Shown here: positions 12,771 to 26,887 of the stretch, piece by piece
Position numbering within the stretch: position 1 is the stretch's first letter
Layout: the number at the start of each line of letters is the position of its first letter
DNA from: Octopus sinensis
Lineage: Eukaryota
Reading direction: 5' to 3'
NCBI RefSeq assembly: GCF_006345805.1
Contig: NC_042998.1
Location: 59,520,001 to 59,584,000 of the forward strand
Length of the DNA stretch: 64,000 nt
Translations under genes and position numbers: made by a program
Notes under the pieces: model-generated
The model's input: the letters and a program-made list of their open reading frames with translations, nothing else
What the model was told of the DNA's origin: nothing
Databases searched by the model: none

Positions 12771-13339
12771 ATCGATATAGGAAGTTATCCTGGAAGTCGT
12801 AAAAAGGCTTAAATAAATCGAGCCCTTAAAGAATATGTAGCATAAAAAAGGTAAATGCAGCGAATATTTCAGGAGACTAAGATATTTCAAACAGGCACCA
12901 AATAACCAAATACTTTTACAGAAATATCATTCAAAGTATAACCCTAATTGAGACATCAAAATGAATAAAAATTAAAGCATGAAACTAAAATATTCAAATC
13001 AATCTAAAGATAAAGATGATGTGGAAGAAATGTACAATAACATAACAAAAAGGCTCCAACAACTACATGACTACGAAGAAATTTAGCAATACAAGTTAAA
13101 GATGTATGTATCCTTTTTAGTAGACGCTTTTGGTTTTCGGAATCAATATTAATTTTTGATATGATAACACGCAGCTGTTAACATTTGTATATTTATTAAT
13201 TCCTCGAAGAATGGAGCTGTGAATTTATAAGTAGTAGTTCGTATTTCATAGGGAAATTTAATCTTTTTTCAATGCCAAGAGCGTTCCAAACCTAAAGCTT
13301 GTGTTATTACACTCTAACCGACTGAAGGTTCAGCAGAAT

Positions 13340-14400
13340 GGCAATAAAAGAAATGCCACTAGAAGATAAGGAGTTTCGAAACGGGGTGTATATTTAAAAA
13401 TTTGGTAATGGTAACCATGGTAACTATTGTGTAAAGTGCATTTGATAAAAGTACCAAACTTCTAAATATTTGATAAACCGCATATGAACAGTGAAAATAC
13501 AGTATTACGTAAGTATTGCACGCGTATCTTTGCCGGAAAATTTTATTACAAAACAGCATATTACAATTGTAACATTTTGGAGGGACTACTTGCCTCTTCA
13601 CCACATTGATTTTCCTTGATTCACTAATAAATTTGCTGACTAACTCCATCAAGTGCATACAGATGCATTAAAATCCTCTATATACGAATAACTTTATATT
13701 GCTTGCAAGGGGCAGCAACTAGGTGAAGAACAGGAAAAAATACCTATCAGCTGAACTAAGGGTATTAAATCAAAATGGAATTCCTAAGTATACTTAAGGA
13801 AAATGGATACACTCAATCACTCTGTAGCCAACATCCTGCAATATCCGACAGAAGGGAAATCAGTCATCAGCATGTAAACGGCTAGCCTCAAAAGCTAAAA
13901 TTTAAAAGCTATATACTAAGAACAGAAACAGAAGATCTCACTTGAATGGAAAAGTTGTACAATATGTAAAAACAAACTACACCGTTTTTGTAGTCTAATC
14001 CACATAGAGATAGAGTTAACAAATTACAAAATATATGGGTATGATCATTGCTCAATAAGTCGACACTTTGATATAAAATCTTCGGTTTAGTAAAAGCATT
14101 ATAGTATCTCATAAGCAAAATATTTATGGTAGACAACGATAATTTTGGTCGTACTTGAAGAATGCGGCATGGAGGTCAAAGCGAGCAGTACATATATCAT
14201 AATCAGAGAAACAAAAGAAAACCTATGTAATTTAATAAACAAAACAGCATAATTATTATCGAAAGCCTCAAACGTATCAATAACTATGAAATTATGAGAG
14301 CATTGAAATAGAGTTAAGCAGGCTCTTGGGTATGAAAGATTAAACCTCTACCAATAATAACCAAAGTACTTATCATAATACAGGCGAGCATACAACATAA
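13340..14400 (+). mobile_element. Highly degraded R4/Dong-type RT fragment
   Basis: TFWRDYLPL (~IFQGDSLSPL), NPLYTNNFILLARG (~HLLYMDDLKLYAK) and IKMEF occur in the expected order on an A-rich strand. Confidence 0.4.
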
Positions 14401-14869
14401 ATACTTTACTGGGGCTTACAATTTTATGTATAATTCAACAATAGTTTAGGAAGTGATGTCCTCTCTTTGCTCAAGCCAAATTCATTTTAGCAGCATAACT
14501 TATGTATTATAATAGTAACACAACCCCGTGTAACACATACTTTCTGCAGCTATTATCAATATAATAACAGAGTACAAATTCCACATAATCGTGCTTATAA
14601 TATCCTATATATTTCCTATAGCATATAGTCTACACAAACATATCCCGACATTTTAACACAACACAATATATATTATATATGCAAAACACAAACACCACCA
14701 ATCAAAAGGAAAAAAATGTTGCGCAGTAAAAGAGACGAAACTTTAGAGCCATACCAGAAACACTGAAAAGTTCTTCATTAAATAAAGTTAGGTAGAAGCA
14801 CCATTCCACATCACAAATGACATTTCTACTTACAACTCAGAAAATGGAGGGGGGTGTACCTAGTAGTTG

Positions 14870-15100
14870 AAAATATATGAATTTATCGAACACAGACAAG
14901 GATGGATATAATAATTCGGTAGAGGGAGAGGGTCGATTATACTGACCCCAGTGCTCAACTGGTATCATTTTATCGACCTCAAAAGTTTAAAAGGTGAAGT
15001 TGACCTTGGCGAAATTTGTACTCAGAAAATAAATATGAACGAAATGCCGCCAAGCATCTTGCCCAGCATGCTAACTATTCCGCAAGCCCACCGCCTTACG
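14870..15100 (-). mobile_element. tRNA-derived SINE (family B)
   Basis: Homologous to 2735-2964 (TTTTATCGACC...AAAGT..ACCTTGGCGAAATTTG). Confidence 0.75.
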
Positions 15101-15114
15101 TCTAGTAATTAATA

Positions 15115-15330
15115 TTGATTTCGAATTTAGGCAGAGGACTAGCAATTTAGGGAAAGGAGCCAGTTGATTACATCGACCCTAGCGTTTAGCTAGTGCTTAT
15201 CTTATGGATCCCAAAATGATGAAAGGTAAAGTCAACCCCGGCGGAATTTGAACACCGAAGGTAAATATGAACGAATTGCCGCCAAGCATCTTATCCGGTA
15301 TGCAGATTATTCTGCCAGATCAACGCCTTA
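15115..15330 (-). mobile_element. tRNA-derived SINE (family B), second adjacent copy
   Basis: GATTACATCGACCC...AAAGTCAACCCCGGCGGAATTTGAAC. Confidence 0.75.
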
Positions 15331-15473
15331 CGTATAGCACTTAATGTTAAAACGTCATCATAACACACTGATGAATAAGAGTTATTAGAAGAATATAAGG
15401 CAACAGATACTTTTAATTTCTCTGGTGAATTCAGCGTACCCTTTATGTCCTATTTATTTTAATATATGCACAC

Positions 15474-15680
15474 GTAAGGCAGCGAACTGGCAGAAATGTT
15501 AGCACGCCGGGCGAAATGCTTAGCAGTATTTCTTCTGTCTTTATGTTCTGAGTTCAAATTCATGTGAGGCCAACTTTGTCTTTCATCCTTTTGGTGTCGA
15601 TAAATTAAGTACCCGTTGTGCACTGGTGTCGATCTAATCGACTGGCCCCCTCCCCCACAATTTTAGGTCTTGTACCTAGA
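15474..15680 (+). mobile_element. tRNA-derived SINE (family B)
   Basis: AAGGCAGCGAACTGGCAGAAATGTTAGC...GAGTTCAAATT...GTCGATAAATTAAGTACC. Confidence 0.85.
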
Positions 15681-17746
15681 GTAGAAAAGAGTATAGTCAG
15701 AATATTTACAGTGGCGAACAAAATGATTGCGGGGATTTCTTTTAAATGCCGCCGGGGTCGTCCTTGTCTTTCATCTTTTTGGTGTCGAAAGTACAATTTG
15801 TGCTCTGGGGTCTATGTAAAGGACTTATCCCATCCCCCGAATTTTCTGTTCGTGTTTACACACACACACACACAGACGCCCATACACATATTTGCACACA
15901 CAAAATATTGTATTTATCATAGTGTTATGTTAGATGTTATTTCATGTTCAAATATGAGTACAAATCAAATTAGGTGTTTTATTTTGCATATTATTGATTT
16001 TGAGTTGATATTTACTGTACAAAATATGATATAAAATGTTTTTAGTAAAAGTTGTAAATGAAATATTACACAAAAAAACGTAAAAAAGATATTTATGAGT
16101 TATTTTCTATATCATCTACAATAAGATGCCGAACTCTCTCTATGTCCTATATAGAGTTCGAAAGATTCAAACTAAACCGACCTCAGTTTAAGTTGATAGA
16201 AACCCATGAACTCACTCCGGTCTGTAAAACCAGCTCTCACCCAGTATGCATGTAATTTTATCTAATACAGACATGCATATTCCATCAAATTTCCCAGTAA
16301 AAAGCTGCATAGGATTGCCGCTGAAACGAAATATCCATTTTAGGATTTTAAAGGAAGAACCCTGATACATCATCTTTTAATTATAGCTTGAGAACGGAGA
16401 GGTACTGATTGGACTGATAGCATCTCCTTCAGAAAATAAGTTAGTTTACAGCTGAATCAATCCTGAAACAAAAAAACCGTTCAACATAGTAACTGTTGCA
16501 ACGAAAATTATAAAATAACAAATATACTTTTAAAGTGCAAACAGTGATATGTAAATAGATTAATAATCATACATCGACATTCACTTTCGTATAATAGAGA
16601 ATTCTCTTAGGAAATTTTTCATCTGTTCACAGTAAATCTACATAAACATCTTAGCGTACAAAGTTATGCTTCTTTGTTTATTTTTTTCTATTCATTGATT
16701 TAAAAAGAAAATATGTCTGGCATTTAGTTTTGTTTTATTGTCATTTCTTTCTTTTATTTTTATTTCTTTATAACCATTAATAGCTATAAGTGATATCTGG
16801 TTTAGCACAATCCGTTTTATAACGTACGTAAATACTAACTGGCTCTGAGAGTATCTTGTGCATAGTTGGATGTTACCAGAGATTTTTCTTTTAAGCTGGA
16901 AGATTAAGGATTATTTAGTGTTTGTGAAACCAATTCTTTCTGTGCTTCTGACTTCTGACTCAAGCACCTGAATATAACTGTGATTGAACCATACATAGCA
17001 CACTAAAATTTTTTTGTTGACTTTTGCCTCGTGTGAAAAATAAATTTGTTGCCATCTTACAAAATTTCATTTAGAATCTAACTTTTAGATCGCATGCACA
17101 AGCACTTAAAATTGATTTCTTCAATTTGCAAGGCTATATTTAGTTATAATTACAGAGGTGTTTGAATCAGCAACATTTTTCTTCGTATTCAGGGAGTAGA
17201 TTTAACGGAGACAATAATTGTACACAGCTTAATCAGTTATATTCATTAATACCTGCCCTGCTCAGTTTATTCATTTGAAAAAGAAATCGTAGCTATTAAA
17301 ATTATGGTTTTTCGTTGCAGTATGTGTGCAGCAAGGTAACGGAAATAGATACACTGCGTCATCAAAAATAGAATGTAGGCTGGTGTCCTCGTTTATTTAA
17401 AGACCACCTAATACTCTGTCGAAGAAGCTTTGTTTCTATGATACTGTCACCGACAGAAATCTATGTTAACATATTTACAATAACTCTTAACTCTGTTGTT
17501 TTAAAATTGAAATCCATGATAGTTTCAAGAAAAGCACAGTTTTAATTTCATTCGTTTGATACATTTTGCACTTTCAACAGCTACTTAATGTTTCTTTGCC
17601 TGAATGAGCTCTGATCTATCTATAAAATAGTTTTCTTTCATAGTTGTATTCGGATAAACATTTTATCTAATAAAATAATAAAACTGTATTAAAACAAATT
17701 TAAAAATATTGAACGAAGTGTATACGTATAGCAAATAATATAATGA

Positions 17747-17749
17747 TGA

Positions 17750-17821
<72 letters not shown>

Positions 17822-17945
17822 GTAGATACGTAGGTAGGTAGGTAGGTAGGTATGTATGTATGTATGTAGGTAGGTATGTAGGTAGGTAGGTAGGTAGGTA
17901 GGCAGGCAGGTAGGTAGATACATACTTTGGTAGATACGTAACTAG
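17747..17945. repeat. Compound (GATA)n-(GGTA)n-(TGTA)n microsatellite
   Basis: Directly visible. Confidence 0.97.
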
Positions 17946-20269
17946 GTAGGAATGCATAACAAAAAGATTTCTAATGTGACAGTCGTGGGATATATGAATG
18001 ACTAAAAACACTTTAAATAACTATAACGTATAAACTATATTCTGAAGTCTCTCACAAGGCCCATCTGTTTGAATAGTCATTCGAATTTGAAATAGTAGGT
18101 GACCTGAACAGATGATTGTGATGATAAAATTAGTCACATCACTGTATAATGTATTGTGGAATTCATGGAATGTATAGAATTGTTGCTTAGAGCTTACATA
18201 ACTAATTTCTCAACTCAGTAAACACATGATATCATTGTGGTTATTACTAATTAAAATATAATTCTGTACTTTCTTTTAATAGTTTTCCATTGATTAGCAC
18301 GTGGATATTAATTTAGTGTTAAGTCTGTTTATAGACTGTTATAAATTATGGAAACATTTTTCCATCTCTTAGATGGAATTAAAATTTATTTGATGCTTAT
18401 AACGTATCATGGTACAGAAGAATAGACAAATGCTTACAAAATAAATGCCATTGCTAGAGGCATTTCTTGTTTGTATCAGACTGTGTCTGCAATATTTGAA
18501 AATAAATATCACGACTGCAAACCAAATCACGTACTCTTGTTTCAAAGGGGTAAAATGTCTACGTTTTATTGGCCCCAGATGGAAAGAGTATATCGCGAGA
18601 GATATTAAATACATATGTGTCGTAGAAATTCTGAATGTCAGGATAAATCACAGTATTCATATCAATAATAGAAACGCAATAGTAAGAGACGTTCACGAAT
18701 ATACGACGGAAAGATGATAGCAGTAAAAGCAATATTAATATTGTATTACAATAATTAAGCAACTACCTAAACACAAATACACATGCTTGGTTAATTAGTA
18801 GTAATATCCAGTTTTACTGCGAGGAATATCGAGTGACGAAGAGCATCTACAGAGAACAAAGAAAGTAATAGTATTCAAGATAATTCTAAATCTTTGAGCT
18901 TCTGTTTGAAAAGATATTTAACATTAAGTATAAACTGCTTGAGAACACTTTATAACAGCGTTGAAATGAATTTAGTTAAATATACGAGATACATTCAATT
19001 CTCCCTGAAAGATCTTGTATGATACCCCGTAAGGGGCGGTGACATAAACTGACCATCTAACCTCGTTAGTGCTATGGGTAATCAGGTTCCAATATTACTT
19101 GCATTCGTCTCCCTTACCAATGACTGGGGAGAACAAGCCGTAAAACAAGACAAACACAACTTCGTAGCATCAAACTGATTCTATAAACAATTATATTATT
19201 TATAACGTTGAACTTGATTAGAGAGACACGCGTTGCAAATTTAAATTCATTTCTCACAGACATTGGTTTTGTTTCTCTTCAAACATTATTTCACTTAATT
19301 GGTCTTTTAATGTTAGAAATTAATTGTTTTGATTAAACAATTTATTGTTGTCATTACAGAAAATAGAGTTGTCACCAGTGGTTGTGTATATAGGGCTTAC
19401 ATAGGAATTCATAAAATCAAAGACACTTTTAAAAATAATCATTGTCAATCAATGAAAGTGTTTAAATAAGTAATTTTTATAAAATATTCTATGAAATATG
19501 TTATTTAAGAATATATTATTTTTGAAATTACGAATGAAAAATTAATTTTGCTTTAATTGTTTCTTCCTTAAATCTGCTGAATACTATCATGTAGAAGCTT
19601 ATATTATATTTATCCAAGAAAATTACTTGACATAGAAGACATACAAATAATTTATTTTTGTCACTGCAATTCTTGATTATTCTGAATTATTCACCTACAT
19701 AATCAGCTACAAACAAACAAAAATACAATTATGATTTATGTCAATTGGTATGTACTGCTCACATTATTTGCACAAATGTCTGTTCAATTCAACTAAGAAC
19801 TTCAACTAAATATATTAGCGAAATTTTCCATAGATAACACCTAGAAGTCGACGATTAAATAATATTAGAAATATTAGAGAGATGGTAAGTGAAAAATACG
19901 TTGTCTCGTTGTCATACCTGAAACGTGTTCGGTCACAAGCTACCAGATTACGATAGTCTTGTGACTACACAACATGATTATTTCATGTATTATTGCCCTA
20001 ATATCTTGAATGAATTCAATCGCAACCTTCCGACTCGTACCTTTAAATCGCATCTTCCCTCACTTCCAAATTTTGATATGGTATAATGTATTTCACATTT
20101 GTATTCTAACAGTAAGCTATACATTCTAATTAAATCATGAATAAATATATGAAATACAAAATACGGGGATGATGATACTATTTATGTTAATAAACTGCTA
20201 TTATCGAATCAGAATATTAAAAATTTTCAGTTAGCCAGCCTAACAATAATTTTTAAGCGGTTGTGAATA

Positions 20270-22270
20270 GCCACATGAGTGGCTATGTGGTAAGTAGCTT
20301 CCTTAGGCATGCGCGTTTGTTAGTGGCTTTTTGGATTGAACATTGTCAAGACGTGCGTAGGTGGCCGTCTTGAATCGAAGACTTGTTGAAGAGGCGCGAC
20401 TGCTAGGTGGGCACTTGTTTTTTTAAGGGACTTAGTGAGGAATTTGTTGTATAACCTTGTTGTTCCTTTTTTCATATAAGAAATCGCCACTGAGTCTCGA
20501 ACATTTGTCTGCTGTAGTCGCGCTGGGTAACTCACTTAGCGGTGAAAATGTTTTGTTTTGAAAGGGCGTGTCTCGATACCAAATTTTAAAAGTTTATAAC
20601 AATTCAACCCATTCGTGGGGGAACTTTTTGGCTGCTACGGTGAACTGGAGTACGTGTGTAAAACAATATTCTGGAGGATTACTTGTGGATTATTTGTGGA
20701 TTACCTGTGGACCCGGATTACCCAAGTGGCGGAATTATTTTGCCATGCTGGAACTGTCTTCCTTCGTTCTTTTCTCTGCTTTATCTTTTTGTTCTTTCTT
20801 TGTCTTTCTTTGGACATTTATTTGAATATTTTGAATTTTTTTGAACAGTTTCTCGTGTTTTTTTTTTTTTGTAAAGCATGGCAAAAAATAAAAACACTGT
20901 CTTGGAGTGGGAAATTGTGCCCCTCAAGCAATAGGTAGAGGACCTTAATGAGAGAATGGTGGTGTTGAGGACATATTCCTAGTCCCTCGATACCATCACT
21001 GTGTTCTCTCAAGTAGATATTGAGAAGGAGTTGGCGGAATACCTGTCAAACATTAAGTTTATTGCAAGGAGTGTCAAATATGCAACAGTGGAGTTGCTAT
21101 TCGATGCCACTGAGGAAGCTCGCATTTTTGCGAGCCAGCACTTGGAAGGGGAGAAAGTTCTGTTTCTGCCCACATATAGTGGGAGGAATTTGACAAGAGC
21201 TTGGGTGTGTGGGATGCCAACCGTAATAGAGACCGAGTAGATAGAAGACACTATCCGCCGGAGTCTGGGTGGCAGCGGTTCCAAGCTCTTGAATGTTAAA
21301 ATGACGCCTGAGGCTAATTGGATGGGGTTAAAAGCGGTTTTGACCCTGTGGACCCAATCAGTCGATGATCTGATGTTCCCAGATATTTTGAGAATGGCCG
21401 GGTCCAGGTATCCGGTGATTCTTGAGGGACGCCCCCACCCAATGTCATCAGTGCCTGGAGACTGGCCACATTAAGAAGAACTGTCCCAAGGACCAGAGCA
21501 GGGTCCTGGAGCAGTTAGTTGTGGAAGAACCCCTCCTCCTCCTCCTCCGGAAGGAGAAATGGAGGAGAAGTGACTCACTGCCCTCGAAAAGAGGGGAGAA
21601 AATAGAAGAAGGGGAGGTACAATGGTTGCTCTCCGAGGGATCCCTGGGTTGCGGGTGGAAGCGAGGTTCCTGCGGTTATGATGAAGGAGCTAACCCCTTC
21701 CGTACCAAAGAAAGAAACGAAAAAGAGTAAAAAGAATGGGACAGTGCCATATGTATGCAGTGTACTGCCGGCATGTCTCGAGGCCTCTTCGGTGGAAATC
21801 GTGCCACCTTTATGGCAAAATTCCGAGTTTAGTCCCACTGCGTGGCACCTTGGGCTAGTGTCTTCTACTATAGATGCGGGCCGACCAAAGCCTTGTGAGT
21901 GGATTTGGTAGACGGAAACTGAAAGAAACTCGTCGTATATATGTACATGTATAAATATATATGTGTGTGCGCGTGTGTGTGTGTGCGTGCGCGTGTGTGT
22001 GTGTCTGTGTATCTGTATGTCTGTTTGTGTCTGTGTGTGTGCGTGTGTGTGTGCTTGTGTGTCTGTGTTTGTCCACCCAACATCGCTTGACAAATGATGC
22101 TGGTGTGTTTACATTCCCGTAACTTAGTGGTTCGGCAAAAGAGACCGATAGAATAATTACTATGGTTACAAAGAATAAGTCCTGGGGTCGATTTGCTCGA
22201 CTAAAAGGCGATATTCCAGAATGGCCGCAGTCAAATGACTGAAACGAGTAAAATAGTAAGAGAGTAAAGA
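20270..22270 (+). mobile_element. Family A SINE split by a LINE insertion (head 20270-20305, remainder 21821-22270)
   Basis: GAGTGGCTATGTGGTAAGTAGCTTCCTTA ends at 20305. TTCCGAGTTTAGTCCCACTGCGTGGCACC resumes at 21821 and continues through the full body and tail, matching the intact copy at 10818. Confidence 0.8.
20306..21820 (+). mobile_element. Tx1/L1-like retrotransposon 5' region: 5' UTR plus disrupted ORF1 (CCHC zinc knuckle)
   Basis: ORF1 from ATG 20878 (MAKNKNTVLEWEIVPLKQ*...) runs through ORFs 21001 and 21289 to the knuckle CHQCLETGHIKKNC after a frameshift, followed by a basic purine-rich tail. No ORF2 is present. Confidence 0.7.
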
Positions 22271-22849
22271 GAATATATGAGCGTTAGATATCTAGAATCG
22301 AAACGAAATCCCTTATGTGCAGATTCTACAATATATATTTCCTGTCTTTAACGTTACCCAGGAGTAAAGGAGCGATTTGGAAAATTAGATTATTCATGTC
22401 TTCTTTTTCACATATCAGTGTATTCTGCGGAAATTTTAATGATTTATATTTGCCATCGGCCTTTTTCAGCCAGGTTCCAAACGTGCAAAGCAATATAACG
22501 TGAATTTATATTACTATCTCCTTACTAAGACATATTAAGATACTTTCTTGGATTATGCAAAACGCATTATGATTAGTTGTATACCAACAAGGTTATCGTC
22601 GTTTATATCTGTTCCCATCAGATTACTTCTACTGAATTCCAAATAATATATATTCATAAGAAGGTTTTCCATGTATAAATACGGACTCAGGTTTTAGCAT
22701 ATATCTGCTATAGCTGTTCTCAAACGCAAAATGGCAAATGACGAATAATAAATATCCCCATTGCCTGAGGGTAAATAATTATTATTGACATATAAGCATG
22801 CTCGTATCCGGTTACATATCTCTATAAGTAACGATCATTTTAAACACAC

Positions 22850-23012
22850 ACACACTCAGACACGCACATACATACACACACGCGCAAATACAATTATATG
22901 TATATATGAATATATATATGTATACATATATATGCATATATGTATATATAAATATATATATATACATATATATACATTATATATATATATTATATGTATA
23001 TATGTATATATA

Positions 23013-23062
<50 letters not shown>

Positions 23063-23079
23063 CATATATATATAAATAA

Positions 23080-23120
<41 letters not shown>

Positions 23121-23128
23121 AATACATA

Positions 23129-23179
<51 letters not shown>

Positions 23180-23334
23180 GATATATTTATATATATATAT
23201 ACGTAGCGTACATATGCAATGGCAATTATATGAACGTATAGTTATCTATAGCTATGTCAATCGAATTATATATGTAACTGCATATACATACTTCCTTACA
23301 TACATACATACAATATATAAATATATATATATGC

Positions 23335-23369
<35 letters not shown>

Positions 23370-23403
23370 ATATATTATATATATATAATTAATATATATA
23401 TAT

Positions 23404-23435
<32 letters not shown>

Positions 23436-23606
23436 TATATATATATATATATATATTTATTATATAATATATACGTAGCGTACATATGCAATGGCAATTA
23501 TATGAACGTATAGTTATCTATAGCTATGTCATCGAATTATATACGTAACTGCATATACATACTTCCTTACATACATACATACAATATATAAATATATATA
23601 TATATG

Positions 23607-23638
<32 letters not shown>

Positions 23639-23654
23639 TATATATATATAATTA

Positions 23655-23696
<42 letters not shown>

Positions 23697-23792
23697 GTCT
23701 ATGTATGTATGTGTGTGTAGTGTGAGTGTGTTTTAGTGTGTTCTGTGTGTGTGTGTGTGTAGCGGCGAAGATACAGACTTCATGCACATTTC

Positions 23793-23830
<38 letters not shown>
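22850..23830. repeat. Long (TA)n-rich tract containing a ~272-bp tandem duplication
   Basis: Unique segment ACGTAGCGTACATATGCAATGGC... at 23201 and 23473. Confidence 0.9.
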
Positions 23831-24341
23831 TTCATAACCACTTATCTCTAAATACTGAATAGATTTTCACGTCTACGCATACTGCATGTATCTATACAGA
23901 AAAACTTCATTTTTATTCACTACGCGTTTCGTTATTTTGTATGAGTCTTTGGACATATACATTATGCATTGGAAGCGAATTATAGACATTTATTCCAGTT
24001 TTTAATATTACTTTCTATGTGTTACTCTGTATTCCTCCGTATCCTTCCGTACGTTCTTCCTCCCATTTATAAACAACTAAAGAAACAAATGCATGTGATG
24101 GCATAACTATGCCACGTTTATACACACACAGACACACGCTCACAGACACATATATATATGCATATGTGAGTGCATGTGTGTATGCTTGTGTATGTATGCG
24201 TGTGCCTGAGTGTGTATGTATATGTATATATATACATACATACATATATATATACATACATACATATATAAACATACATATATATATACATATTATATAT
24301 CCATATTCGATATGCATGTATATTATATTATATATATAATA

Positions 24342-24387
<46 letters not shown>

Positions 24388-25100
24388 CGTTTCAATATTG
24401 CTGTGCAAGATTTTTTTATGTGAAGTCGTGTGTTGAAACAGATATTGTTATATTTCGGAATGGTCATATTGCCAGTTTAGCCCATAAAACACACGCACTA
24501 TATATTTGGTGTTTTTGCTTCAGTGTTATTTATTTTTTACATTAATCTTAATCTTATTTCGGCCAGAGTTCTTTCGTCACACTCCTGTGACCGTATCAGT
24601 GGTCCTTTGTTTCTTCTTTCTTACTTGTGTCTCTCCTTACTAACCGTCAGCCATTTTGTATTTCTATTGTATGTCTTCATTTCCGCATGCTTATATATCT
24701 ATGTGCGTCTATGTTTATTTAGTGTGTATGTCGGGGGATGCCTGTAATGTTTGTATCTTCTATTTATATATGTTCATGTAATTTGTATTTTGTTTTTGTT
24801 GATTTTGTTTATTCTTATTTTGTTCATGTGTTTACATGCTTGCGGACATTCGCGTGTACTTGTACGCGTGTTCTTGTGTGTATCTTGGTGATCGTGTGTG
24901 CGAGAGGGGCGTGTGCGGGTGTGCCCGGCCATGAACTCGCGTGTCTATGCGGGGGCGTGCATGCACATATATGTGCATGTTGTAGCATTCCGGCGTATCC
25001 ACTTATACTTACTATATTAGGTTTATATTTGTGCCCTCCTTAATTTGTATTCCATTTTATTTATCTATTTATCTATACATGTATATATATTATATATATA

Positions 25101-25172
<72 letters not shown>

Positions 25173-26285
25173 CATATATATAGATATATATATATTCATT
25201 TTTATTTATTTAATTGTTTTTTTTTTATTTGGCACTTACTAATCTATAATTAATTTAATTTATTATTAATAATAAACTTATTCTAAATTAATAGTAACCT
25301 CTGTAGGTGTGTGAAAATGTGTATTGTGACGTATGTATGTTTTTGTACATATAGGTATGATCGTGAGTGGATGTACGGATGTATGTTTTTATTAAACATA
25401 TGTGCACGCAGGTGCGTACTTGGATGTGTATATATGTATATGCGAATATTCATTCATGGGTAGATATAAATATAGTTTTTATTTGTACGTATGACTGCAC
25501 AGATATATATTTAAATATATATATATGTGTGTGCGTAAGTTCCCTGACACAGTATAGGAAAGTGTATTAATATTTATGCGTATATACGGATGTGCGTGTG
25601 AGTGTGTGTGTTATTGTTAGACACTGTGTTCATAGCGATAGTTATGTGTGTGTGTGTTATTATTGAACGTGTAGAGATGTGTCGAGGTGTATTCATGTGT
25701 GTGTGCATGTGTGTGAGTCTCTGTGTGGATGTGTGGGTTTAGGGTTAGATGTGGATGTGTATGTTTTGCTTATGCGGTGTAGTGGGGGTCGGGCGGCTCT
25801 CAATTGACCAACCGTGAGGAAGATAATGATAATTTTAAATTCAAATCCAATAGTGTATTTATGTCATAAGGAAAATTACCAACTGGAACTCGGATATACA
25901 TATATACCGCTCTGGATCCTAATGTAAGCGTTATTAATAATATTATGAATGATAATAATGATAACATTAATGGTATTGACAACGACAATGATGCTAACTT
26001 GAATGGCACTTTAGAAATTATTATGAAGTAATATAATATACAATTGACTATGTATATTTGCATCTAAGTACTAATTTGTGTATGTTTATTATCACAATAT
26101 TAAGTCGAAAAACTGAGACATTGAATGTGGAACACATATATATATATTATTTATTTATATCATTATGTATATTTATATTTTTATATGTATAAGAGTGTGA
26201 GTATATGCACTCATATGTATATGTATATGTTGTATTATGGGTATGCACCCACACCCATGTGGGTATATATGTAGACTGATTTTAT

Positions 26286-26421
26286 TACATAATCTCCGAA
26301 GAGGCCTTATGATATATTTGTAAATGTCTCATTTATATCTATATATTGACCAACCATAAAGGGCTAATATTGGTAAAATGAGACATACCTATCTACATGG
26401 CCGAAACAGCTGTAAGATGTA
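26286..26421 (+). ncRNA. Type I hammerhead-like motif with long stem II
   Basis: TACAT(AAT)CT-CCGAAGA-GGCC-[92 nt including an 11-bp hairpin]-GGCC-GAAA-C-AGCT-G-TA-AGATGTA. The core deviates at U4 (C). Confidence 0.6.
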
Positions 26422-26832
26422 ATCTATACTTATATTTATATTTACTTATATTTATATTCTCTTTTATATATATTCCACTTATTATACAACATTACTCTTT
26501 TATGTACACTTTTTTATGTACATTCCTTTATGTACATTGTTTTGTTCTGGTTTTATATTTAACCCTACAGTCTCTTATGTAGTGGTTTAATAAAGTATGT
26601 GATTGAGTATTATCTGGTAATTGATATTTGATTTAGATTTATTTCTCCATTTTCTTATCTTGTATTAGTAATTTGTGGTAAATCATTTTACCTTTGCCCA
26701 TATAATACAGTAAATGAATTAATTGCATCGCAATCATTAACATTTATGTATTAACTTTGTTGGGTACTTCACTAGCAGTATATTGATATATGTTATCCCA
26801 TGGAGGGTTGCTTTTACAACCCCTATCTCATT

Positions 26833-26887
<55 letters not shown>

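Noticed and set aside
12477-12890. Poly-S/E/K/L ORFs (also 42250-42548 and 46690-47169)
   Set aside because: They are trinucleotide repeats. No splice sites or domain context support coding.
15362-15395. CTGATGA followed by a small AATAA/TTATT hairpin
   Set aside because: GAAA and stems I and III are absent.
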